Origin: Yuukianura sp. NJ FZ-2021
Lineage: Eukaryota
Assembly (NCBI GenBank): GCA_046563655.1
Contig: CM102290.1
Coordinates: 10,478,001-10,542,000, forward strand
Direction: 5' to 3'
Length of the DNA: 64,000 bases
Part shown: positions 1-10,111 of the stretch, piece by piece
Layout of the letters: each line of letters opens with the position of its first letter
Position numbering within the stretch: position 1 is the first letter of the stretch
Position numbers and translations under genes: made by a program
The notes under the pieces: model-generated
What the model was told of the DNA's origin: nothing
What the model saw: the letters and a program-made list of their open reading frames with translations, nothing else
Database searches by the model: none

Positions 1-360
1 GACATGACAGAGAACTTGAAGACCAAAGGAGTTCCCTTTGCCATGACGGAAAACGCGATGACGGACCGGCTTTCCTTATGGGGATATGACGGAAAACGTG
101 ATGACGGACAAAAATACTTTTATAAAGTAGCTAAAGCTACTTAATAACTGTTGTTTCTTTTTCTTCATTCTCCAAATTGTAACTAAAAATAACAATTTGT
201 TTTTTTCTTTTTCTGACAAAATGTTAGAAATCGGTAAAATTCAGTTTTCCAGAAACTAAACTTCTAAAAACGATTTCCAATTTCACTCTGTCCACCTTTC
301 AGACTTACCAATTATGTCACTGAAAATTCTTAAATAGAACAGCAAAGAATCTCAAGTTAA

Positions 361-412
361 TACGGTTTCTGACTGCTGTCGTCATCAGTACCGAGCAACA
401 CGGTAGACCGTA
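361..412 (-). ncRNA. Type III hammerhead ribozyme motif
   Basis: The minus strand reads UACGG-UC / UACCG-uguugcu-CGGUA / CUGAUGA / c-GAC-agca-GUC-a / GAAA-CCGUA. It has an intact CUGAUGA and GAAA core, a GUC cleavage triplet (cut predicted between 406 and 405), a perfect 5-bp stem I and a perfect 5-bp stem III. Stem II has only 3 bp, with a C.A mismatch at its base. Confidence 0.75.
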
Positions 413-422
413 GTGCAATGGT

Positions 423-471
423 CCCTTTGTGCATAACATACCAGATTTAAGTTTCTGGTAGTTGTGCAGGG
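423..471. other. Long imperfect hairpin next to the hammerhead
   Basis: tgcataac-a-taccaga (430-445) pairs with tctggta-gttgtgca (454-468) around an 8-nt loop, with outer ccc/ggg. A TGGTCCCT direct repeat lies at 419-426 and 474-481. Confidence 0.6.
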
Positions 472-480
472 TGTGGTCCC

Positions 481-1700
481 TCTAGCGTATAAAAAAACCG
501 AAAGTCACATTAAAAATACACGAAGACCCATACAACAAAAGATAAGTCAATTAAAAAAAACCGAAAGTCCCGTTAATACACAAGATCCATACAACAATAG
601 ATAAGTCAATGACTACGCTCGAGATTCCGGCCTCATTCACTCGAACTGGCGCACACCGGACTCACCAAGAGTGATTCACACCCCTCTTTGCCCCGTGCCA
701 CCTGAACAGCTACTTGCAAGCCTCATCCGTCTTCGCGCCCAATCTACTGCCGTATGTTCTAGCGTTTAAGAAAAAAACCGAAAGTCACATTAAAAATACA
801 CGAAGACCCATACAACAAAAGATAAGTCAATTAAAAAAAAACTAAAGTCCCGTTAATACACAAGATCCATACAACAATAGATAAGTCAATGACTACGCTC
901 GAGATTCCGGCCTCATTCACTCGAACTGGCGCACACCGGACTCACCAAGAGAGATTCACACCCCTCTTTGCCCCGTGCCACCTGAACAGCTACTTGCAAG
1001 CCTCATCCGTCTTCGCGCCCAATCTACTGCCGTATGTTCTAGCGTTTAAGAAAAAAACCGAAAGTCCCGTTAAATATACACAAAGATCAATTCAACAAAA
1101 GATAAGTCAATTAAAAAAACCGAAAGTCACATTAAAAATACACGAAGACCCATACAACAAAAGATAAGTCAATTAAAAAAAAACCGAAAGTCCCGTTAAA
1201 TATACACAAGATCCATCCGTCCTCGCGCCCAATCTACTGCCGTATGTTCTAGCGTTTAGGATAAAAAAACCGAAAGTCCCGTTAAATATACACGAAGATC
1301 AATTCAACGAAAGATAAGTCAATTAAAAAAAACCGAAAGTCCCGTTAATACACAAGATCCATACAACAATAGATAAGTCAATGACTACGCTCGAGATTCC
1401 GGCCTCATTCACTCGAACTGGCGCACACCGGACTCACCAAGAGAGATTCACACCCCTCTTTGCCCCGTGCCACCTGAACAGCTACTTGCAAGCCTCATCC
1501 GTCTTCGCGCCCAATCTACTGCCGTATGTTCTAGCGTTTAAGAAAAAAACCGAAAGTCCCGTTAAATATACACAAAGATCAATTCAACAAAAGATAAGTC
1601 AATTAAAAAAAAAACCGAAAGTCCCGTTAATACACAAGATCCATACAACAATAGATAAGTCACTGGTAAACCATTGACTACGCTCGAGATTCCGACCCCA
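481..1700. repeat. Tandem repeat block A: ~165-bp core plus ~55-bp A-rich subrepeats
   Basis: The core ATGACTACGCTCGAGATTCCGG...GTTCTAGCG occurs at ~609, 889 and 1381, with partial copies at ~1213 and ~1675. Cores are separated by variable numbers of AAAAAAACCGAAAGTC...GATAAGTCAA units. Confidence 0.95.
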
Positions 1701-1703
1701 AAC

Positions 1704-4700
1704 TCTAATAATAACACTTCTGCTGCGCATTCAAGCAAGAGACACAGGGACTAAGTTTTTTACCACATCCCCGAACCAATGCGGATTGAGACTTTGAAAC
1801 GATCTGTGCATGGACACATTCGCCAAGAAGTGATTCCGTAGGTTTCGGTTGTGGGATTTAGTATGTGTTCCTAAGTGATGGTACAGAGAAGGTTTAGTCA
1901 AAAATTTAAAGTTCATTTTACAATTTTTTGAACCAAAATTACGAAACAAACTCCAGATTTTTTTTATATACACGAAGATCCATACGACAGAGGACTAGTC
2001 AATGACTACGCTCGAGATTCCGGCCCCAGTTCACTCGGACTGGCACACTCCGGACTTACCGAGAGAGATTCACACCCCTCCCTGCCCTGTGTCACCTGAA
2101 CAGCTACTCGCAAGCCTCGATCCGTCTTCGCGCCCAATCTACTGCAATGCCGTATGTTCCAGTGTATATGAAAAAAACCGAAAGTCACGTTAAATGTCAA
2201 GTCTCGTTAACTCTAATAATAACACTTCTGCTGCGATATGAATAAAACCGAAAGTCACGTTAAATGTCAAGTCAAGTCTCGTTAACTCTAATAATAACAC
2301 TTCTGCTGCGCATTCAAGCAAGAGACACAGGGACTAAGTTTTTGTACCACATCCCCGAACCAATGCGGATTGAGACTTTGAAACGATCTGTGCATGGACA
2401 CATTCGCCAAGAAGTGATTCCGTAGGTTTCGGTTGTGGGATTTAGTATGTGTTCCTAAGTGATGGTACAGAGAAGGTTTAGTCAAAAATTTAAAGTTCAT
2501 TTTACAATTTTTTGAACCAAAATTACGAAACAAACTCCAGATTTTTTATATACACGAAGATCCACACGACAGAGGACTAGTCAATGACTACGCTCGAGAT
2601 TCCGGCCCCAGTTCACTCGGACTGGCACACTCCGGACTTACCGAGAGAGATTCACACCCCTCCCTGCCCTGTGTCACCTGAACAGCTACTCGCAAGCCTC
2701 GATCCGTCTTCGCGCCCAATCTACTGCAATGCCGTATGTTCCAGTGTATATGAAAAAAACCGAAAGTCACGTTAAATGTCAAGTCTCGTTAACTCTAATA
2801 ATAACACTTCTGCTGCGATATGAATAAAACCGAAAGTCACGTTAAATGTCAAGTCAAGTCTCGTTAACTCTAATAATAACACTTCTGCTGCGCATTCAAG
2901 CAAGAGACACAGGGACTAAGTTTTTGTACCACATCCCCGAACCAATGCGGATTGAGACTTTGAAACGATCTGTGCATGGACACATTCGCCAAGAAGTGAT
3001 TCCGTAGGTTTCGGTTGTGGGATTTAGTATGTGTTCCTAAGTGATGGTACAGAGAAGGTTTAGTCAAAAATTTAAAGTTCATTTTACAATTTTTTGAACC
3101 AAAATTACGAAACAAACTCCAGATTTTTTTATATACACGAAGATCCACACGACAGAGGACTAGTCAATGACTACGCTCGAGATTCCGGCCCCAGTTCACT
3201 CGGACTGGCACACTCCGGACTTACCGAGAGAGATTCACACCCCTCCCTGCCCTGTGTCACCTGAACAGCTACTCGCAAGCCTCGATCCGTCTTCGCGCCC
3301 AATCTACTGCAATGCCGTATGTTCCAGTGTATATGAAAAAAACCGAAAGTTCACGTTAAATGTCAAATCAAGTCTCGTTAACTCTAATAATAACACTTCT
3401 GCTGCGATATGAAAAAAACCGAAAGTCAATGTTAAATGTCAAGTCAAGTCTCGTTAACTCTAATAATAACACTTCTGCTGTGCATTCAAGCAAGAGACAC
3501 AGGGACTAAGTTTTTGTACCACATCCCCGAACCAATGCGGATTGAGACTTTGAAACGATCTGTGCCTGGACACATTCGCCAAGAAGTGATTCCGTAGGTT
3601 TCGGTTGTGGGATTTAGTATGTGTTCCTAAGTGATGGTACAGAGAAGGTTTAGTCAAAAATTTAAAGTTCATTTTACAATTTTTTGAACCAAAATTACGA
3701 AACAGACTCCAGATTTTTTTTATATACACGAAGATCCACACGACAGAGGACTAGTCAATGACTACGCTCGAGATTCCGGCCCCAGTTCACTCGGACTGGC
3801 ACACTCCGGACTTACCGAGAGAGATTCACACCCCTCCCTGCCCTGTGTCACCTGAACAGCTACTCGCAAGCCTCGATCCGTCTTCGCGCCCAATCTACTG
3901 CAATGCCGTATGTTCCAGTGTATATGAAAAAAACCGAAAGTTCACGTTAAATGTCAAATCAAGTCTCGTTAACTCTAATAATAACACTTCTGCTGCGATA
4001 TGAAAAAAACCGAAAGTCAATGTTAAATGTCAAGTCAAGTCTCGTTAACTCTAATAATAACACTTCTGCTGTGCATTCAAGCAAGAGACACAGGGACTAA
4101 GTTTTTGTACCACATCCCCGAACCAATGCGGATTGAGACTTTGAAACGATCTGTGCCTGGACACATTCGCCAAGAAGTGATTCCGTAGGTTTCGGTTGTG
4201 GGATTTAGTATGTGTTCCTAAGTGATGGTACAGAGAAGGTTTAGTCAAAAATTTAAAGTTCATTTTACAATTTTTTGAACCAAAATTACGAAACAGACTC
4301 CAGATTTTTTTTATATACACGAAGATCCACACGACAGAGGACTAGTCAATGACTACGCTCGAGATTCCGGCCCCAGTTCACTCGGACTGGCACACTCCGG
4401 ACTTACCGAGAGAGATTCACACCCCTCCCTGCCCTGTGTCACCTGAACAGCTACTTGCAAGCCTCGATCCGTCTTCGCGCCCAATCTACTGCAATGCCGT
4501 ATGTTCCAGTGTATATGAAAAAAACCGAAAGTCACGTTAAATGTCAAGTAAAGTCTCGTTAACTCTAATAATAACACTTCTGCTGCGCATTCAAGCAAGA
4601 GACACAGGGACTAAGTTTTTTACCACATCCCCGAACCAATGCGGATTGAGACTTTGAAACGATCTGTGCATGGACACATTCGCCAAGAAGTGATTCCGTA

Positions 4701-4824
4701 GGTTTCGGTTGTGGGATTTAGTATGTGTTCCTAAGTGATGGTACAGAGAAGGTTTAGTCAAAAATTTAAACTTCATTTTCCTATTTTTTGAACCAAAATT
4801 ACCAAACAAACTCCAGATTTTTTC
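1704..4824 (+). repeat. Tandem repeat block B: ~5.5 units of ~582-591 bp, probably Helitron-derived
   Basis: Marker ATGACTACGC at 2002, 2584, 3167, 3758 and 4349 gives periods of 582, 583, 591 and 591. Each unit has a TCTAATAATAAC start and a CTAGT junction and contains a diverged version of the block A core. The repeat is directly visible; the Helitron origin is inferred from the TC...CTAG-type ends. Confidence 0.9.
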
Positions 4825-5228
4825 AGTATTATGCATAATGAATCCGTATAATTTCGTTAAAATTTGTTGTTTTTTTTTTTGGGAAAACTTTGGAAATGTG
4901 TTGAAGTAATTTTTGTCCAGGTTTCTAATCCTAACCTAATTTTTTGATTAAGTGAGATTCGAGTTGCCAAAAACTAAATTCGGAATTAATCCCAAATTTT
5001 GAACATCTGAGAAAAGAAATGCCTGGTTGACCTGTTACACAATTGCAAACTGACGTGACTATTCGCTATTTCAAATTCCTTATTTTTTCAAGTTTTTTTT
5101 ACCATGATTTCTATAACCCTCCCTATGGATGATAAAACCGGATAAAAATATTATCCACACTCGTAACATAATGCCTATCATATAACACTCGTAAAAACCT
5201 GCGAATCGGCACAGTCTGAAATATCTGG
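4564..5228 (+). mobile_element. Possible non-autonomous Helitron-like element (last array unit extended)
   Basis: Begins TCTAATAATAAC like the array units, leaves the array at ~4824 and ends in a short TGC-gaatcg-GCA hairpin followed by CTGG-T (a CTRR-type end). There is no Rep/helicase coding sequence. Confidence 0.35.
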
Positions 5229-5341
5229 TTTTCGGAGGAATAGACATACCCGATTTGTTGCTCCATGTGCTTTATCATGTTTACTTTAAAATTGTTATTA
5301 ATTCATATTTGTGCATCGGAAACACAAATCACACCTTACAG

Positions 5342-6025
5342 TTAATTCGTGTTTGGAAAAAGATGAACGAGAACGAGAGAGGGAAGATGACATGGAGAAA
5401 GAAGCCATCACTAAAAATCCAAATCTACCAAGTCTACAAACAGCTGATATTGAAAAAATGGTAATTTCCAAAGTTTGCAACTTTTAGAAAAGATTATTTT
5501 TTGAAAATTTCGAATTTGGTCTGAACAGGCTGACAAACTCATCGAAGCTCCTTGATGTATTCAAAGATGATTGATGAACACCCTCTCCTGCAAGCCTACG
5601 GTGCTGAGACACTGAATGAGTTCATGACCAAAGTGCTAAGTTTAAGTACTATCAAGGCAATAGAGTTGGAACAAAGCATTATGCTACTTCCGGTTTCCTA
5701 CGTTCATCAAATGATTCCCGCACTGGAGCAAGTACTTGTCCACTTTCCCGTTTACGCTGAACTTGCAATCAAATGTCTCTCGGCTGTTGTCAACTTCCAC
5801 TTGGATTCTCTGCGCCGAGTCGATAAAGAACTGTTGAACAAAGTAGCGGATTTGGCAGAGTCCAGAGGCCTTGAACTGAGCGACAGACTTGGAGTGAACA
5901 TCGCCTCAAATTTTTGCAGGAGTCGGTAACAATGGCAGAAAACTTGGCGTGAAATTTTGAATCTACCGTGGGAGATGTGAAACGTAAGAGGAAACAGAGC
6001 GAAAAACTTATCAAAAGAGCCTTTG
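5342..6025 (+). pseudogene. WDR3: WDR3/Utp12 (Dip2) C-terminal gene fragment, disrupted
   Basis: Translated pieces LIRVWKK..DEREREREDD..EKM | ADKLIEA..HPLLQAYG..ELEQSIMLLPVSYV..GVNIA..LKFLQE..KRKRKQSEKLI match the Utp12 C-terminal domain. A GT-AG intron is retained (5461-5528). There are frameshifts at ~5360, ~5550 and ~5905 and an in-frame TGA at ~5950, and the WD40 N-terminus is absent. Confidence 0.8.
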
Positions 6026-6029
6026 GTGT

Positions 6030-6710
6030 CCTAGGTCATCCTTCCTTGTCCATTGAAGATTGGTCAAGCAAGCAGAGATTGACGTCACAAAAAGAACGCA
6101 AACACATTGCGATTGCGATAGGAAAAGAGAAGCTGAAATCAACAGTTGCCAAAAACTTGCCGACGTCTGGTGGGTTTTCATAGTTTTCGCAAATATCCAC
6201 ATTCCAGTCCTGGCACTTGAGCTCTGTAGGTTGTCCACAGTTAGTACTTAAGGTGTGCTAGGTCATCCTTCCTTGTCCATTGAAGATTGGTCAAGCAGAG
6301 ATTGACTTCGCAAAAAGAAGTCAAACATTGCGATTGTGATAGGAAAAGAGGAAGCTGAAATGAAGTTGCCAAAAACTTGCCTCCGTGTGGTGGTTTTCGC
6401 AAATATCCACATTCCAGTCCTGGCACTTGAGCCCTGTAGTATGTCCACGGTGAGTACTGTTACTGTTAGGGCATCCCAGGTCGTCCTTCCTTGTCCATTG
6501 AAGATTGGTCAAGCAGAGATTGACTTCGCAAAAGTTGAAGTCAAACATTGCGATAGGAAAGGATAAGCTAAACAAAAAAAATTGGCAACTTACCGACGTC
6601 GGGTCTTGAAGTCTTCGGAAATATCCAGGTAACAGTGAGGGCCGTTGAACTTTACAGTTTGTCCACCGTGAGTATGTCCATGTCATCCGTCGTCCTTGTC
6701 CATTGACACT
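6030..6710 (-). repeat. Degenerate ~210-230 bp tandem exon-intron modules (about 3.3 copies)
   Basis: CCTT(CCTT)GTCCATTGA recurs at ~6040, 6265, 6485 and 6693. On the minus strand the units have GTAAGT/GCAAGT donors, pyrimidine tracts and a Cys-containing frame (NLCLTNLQWTRKDDLGCP...GLKCQDWNVDICEN) broken by stops and frameshifts. Confidence 0.7.
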
Positions 6711-6874
6711 GGTCGCTCACAAATTGTTCCGCACAAACAAAATTTGCACGGTGTTGCAAAAAAAAGAGAAACTTTTGCGGTTTTTTTTGCGAGGAACGTA
6801 AAGTACGTCTACCCAGGCCGGGTTTCTAAGAATCACTGCGGGATTTCAAAATGGCGACCGACGACATCACAACG

Positions 6875-6899
6875 AGAACCTTCTAGAAGGTTCTAGAAA
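6875..6899. promoter_or_regulatory. Heat-shock element, 5 perfect inverted nGAAn units
   Basis: aGAAc-cTTCt-aGAAg-gTTCt-aGAAa, with a YY1-like AAAATGGCG at 6848-6856 nearby. Confidence 0.75.
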
Positions 6900-6984
6900 G
6901 TGAACTTCTTCTGCTTCTAAGCAGTGACTGCTATATGGAAAACAATGGAGACTGTTACTGGCTATGATCGGTTTTCGATATAGT

Positions 6985-7004
6985 GGAACCTTCCAGAAAG
7001 TTCG
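6985..7004. promoter_or_regulatory. Heat-shock element, 4 perfect inverted nGAAn units
   Basis: gGAAc-cTTCc-aGAAa-gTTCg. Confidence 0.7.
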
Positions 7005-7541
7005 GAGGGGGAGGGGGGGGGAAGGGGTGACCTGCCTCTGGACAGTATAGCAATGCTCATCCATTGTTGTCCAAGTAGTATTAGTACTTTTGTATGAAGT
7101 AAACAGTTATGTATAGTTCCATTCATTTGTTCTAAAAAATAGCGGGAAAAAAACGAAATACTACATTCATACCCAATCTACACACCGCAAAAATTTTGAA
7201 ATTTGATAAAGCAGCATACCATTGGCAAAATTTCGGTTGACATTTCGACTTAACAGTACACTCTCTGAAGTGAGTCCTTTGATAAATTTGACACCAAGAC
7301 ATGACAAATTATCGTGTTCAGTTTGGCCTTGCTTGATATCCGAACCTCTGACCTATTTCCTAATAAAGTTTTGACTGTTTCAGATTCTTCTGCTCCGGCG
7401 GCCAAGACGAATTGAATGTTCAGTTCCATTTTCTGGGGTATGAAGATTGGTATCACAAACCTCAAAGGAACAAGATTTCAGTGTCAACTTTACAGTTTAC
7501 AATACTCGAGTCTGAGAACTTAGACACAAGACATCGATACC

Positions 7542-7968
7542 ATGGAAAACAAAGAGATCGTAGCCATTCTCGGGAGGTAGTAACTGTTGCTAGAAGGTGT
7601 TGATAGCAACGAAGCATTCCTAACGGCAGAGGAAACCGAAGATGGCGAATTAGTTGAGATTTCCGAAGAGATCGATCCATTATCATGGCAAGTCGAATCC
7701 GGGGGAATACGGGATGCTGGAAGTACTGCTAGCAGTTAGAAGAAGGTTTTCATCTTCCACCAGACGTTGGACGTGAAGATGTCATAGGCGATACTGCACC
7801 AACTGATGAACTGGGCTTGCATTAACCTGGTGCCTTTGACGAGGTGGAGGATGAAGACAAGGAAAATGGAGGCCAGGGTTCACACCAATCTGATTTTGCT
7901 GAAGAAGTCAAAACTCAGACAGTTATGGCGATAACAAGACGAAGACTTTCCCATGAAGGAATCTACTG
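7542..7968 (+). pseudogene. Decayed acidic coding fragment, unidentified
   Basis: E/D-rich frame (LEGVDSNEAFLTAEETEDGELVEISEEIDP...DEVEDEDKENGG...EEVKTQTVMAITRRRLSHEGIY) interrupted by stops and a frameshift, ending at a GTATGT donor. Confidence 0.4.
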
Positions 7969-8439
7969 GTATGTCCAACTCCAATTTAATCGTTAAAGTT
8001 CCGTTCGTTAAATGTACTTGAATACTGTTCAATTGATTTCAGGGGAAAAGACCGGAATCTGAACATTGCAGAGCTTCTCTGCGCCTCCTGTCATCGATGG
8101 TATACCACGAGTCCTGTATTGGCTACCAACTTGGCAAATTGGTCCTTTTATGATGAATTTCATCGTCATTTGAAAAATCTGCTCTGCAACTGGACTGGAG
8201 TCTTTCAAACGAAGCCCGGTACGGGAGTAAATCAACCTTTCCAATAAATTTGTTTATTCATTGATACATCAGGTGATTTTTGTTTCTTCATTAGCTTTCG
8301 TCCAGATCTGTGTCACTGCCATTGCAAATCTGCAACAAGCTAGTCTAAAGGACGGTTCAAATCGACAACGTTTTTCAAAGGAGGGTGAGATAATTCCATT
8401 TATCGACATGCACCCGGAAGGCATGACACCACCAACCCG

Positions 8440-9536
8440 ATGCAGCTCCTTATCCTAGCAAACAGCTGTAAATATCCAACAGAAAAAGCAAAGTGAGTTT
8501 CCAGATCCAATTTTTACCTTGTTAAAAAATTAGGCTAGGTTTTTTAAAATTTTAAATCGTTTTCAGAGTTGTCCGCAGCATCTTGAGTGTTGACGGAAAC
8601 AGAGAGTGCTGTGACTGTGGAACACCAAACCCGGAATGGGCCAGCATCAACCTCGGTATCACCTTGTGTATAGGTAAATTGAAATAAAACTTAAGACTAA
8701 CTTAAAATAACTAACTTAAATCATAAAGCTAAGTAAACTTATCCACCACATCGAATGAACATTAATTCAGCTCCTTGTATTTCCAGAATGCTCCGGGATC
8801 CATCGATCGCTTGGCGTTCATTACAGCAAAGTGAAGTCACTAAAACTAGATACTTGGGAAGGCGGACTTCTAAAAGTCATGGGAGATTTAGGAAACTCCG
8901 TCGTCAACCGAATTTATCTGGCCAAAGTAGAAGTCGTAAACACCTTAGGTATAATCCCAGCTACTCCGAATTGCTCCAGGTATGAATTTGAATTAATTAA
9001 GTAATTAATTAAATTCATCAGTTTTTAGCAATTAGTAAGTTAAGTTACATTTCTTCTCATTAAGGGAGATACGCGAGACATGGATAAGGGCCAAATACGT
9101 CGACAAAGCTTTTGTAGCATCTCCGGGTCTGAATGGAACCAATTCCGCAGGAAAGAAGTTGATTCGGAAGTGGAGTGTTCGGAAACCGTTTCGGCGAGAG
9201 AGAAAAACTGGCAGTGGTCAACGACCAGCTCAAAATCCAGAACAAGAAAGTGCGTTACAATCTCAGCTTCCGTCGGCATCAGTACCACCGTCTGCTACAA
9301 ATGAAGACTCAGAAACTGAGTCGTTCAAATCACTTTCCTCCAATTCTCGAGACGAAGGAGAAAACTCAAGTGTCCGAAGTCGGAGTGACTCGGAAGTGCT
9401 CGTTTTCGGAGCCGAAGCATTACCATTATCTCCAACAGAAATTCTCGATACACAGGGAGAAGATTCGACGGATGAACCAGAAGCAAAGGAGACTGGTCAG
9501 TACGCGATGACGGACGAAAACGCTTTTATAAAGTAG
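8440..9536 (+). CDS. ArfGAP-domain fragment of an ACAP/centaurin-beta gene (truncated copy, possibly a pseudogene)
   Basis: Exons ~8440-8492, 8567-8673, 8787-8979 and 9065-9536 with GT-AG introns. They encode [51 protein letters not shown]...[11 protein letters not shown], i.e. the C4 zinc finger and catalytic Arg. The BAR and PH domains upstream and the ankyrin repeats downstream are missing. Confidence 0.8.
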
Positions 9537-10111
9537 CTAAATCTACTTAAAAATTAAAATGAAGGAATTAATTCAAACAATCACACTGTATGTGAATTAC
9601 TTTTAAATTACTTAGCAACTTGGAATTTATTTTGGCAGTTGTTAGTTTATACCAATCCGTGTATGCCTGTAGAACAGTTAAGTTTATCGTTTGTAAATTG
9701 TAATAACGTGAAAACTTGTGTAATAATCTAGAAAAAAGATTCTAAACCTTATCACATCCGAATTTCGGAAAATCGTTGGAGAATTATAAAATTTTCGGTT
9801 TTGTTTTAAAATTGTGCAAATTGCACATGTGGCCTATTCTACAAACGGTCTAAAACGTTTTTCCAAATTTTTACAAGAGTTATTTTACAAGAGTTCCTAC
9901 ACTACGCCAAACCTTACACAAAGTTTTCGTTTTTTTTTGGCAATTTTGGATGCTAAATCGAACTAACTTTAGTACCTAAAACTATTTGAACAATGAGCGT
10001 TCATTCCTAATCTGAAAATTTGTCCCATGATTTTTGGCTGGAATTGTCCTCAGCTTGGGTAAATGCGAAGTATACTAAACATGAACTTCGTGACTTCAAT
10101 TGGGCAACACT

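Noticed and set aside
481..4824. CRISPR array or spliced-leader RNA gene cluster
   Set aside because: The context is eukaryotic and there are no unique spacers. The Sm-like AATTTTGG is far from the donor and absent from block A.
889..4836. Repeated short ORFs (MTTLEIPA..., ...HHLGTHTKSHNR...)
   Set aside because: They arise from the tandem repeat. Frames and stops differ between copies (e.g. TGA at ~672 in the first core), and no domain is recognisable.
8029..8244. Minus-strand ORF with QVGSQY (ELM2-like)
   Set aside because: The match is too short and there is no supporting exon structure.
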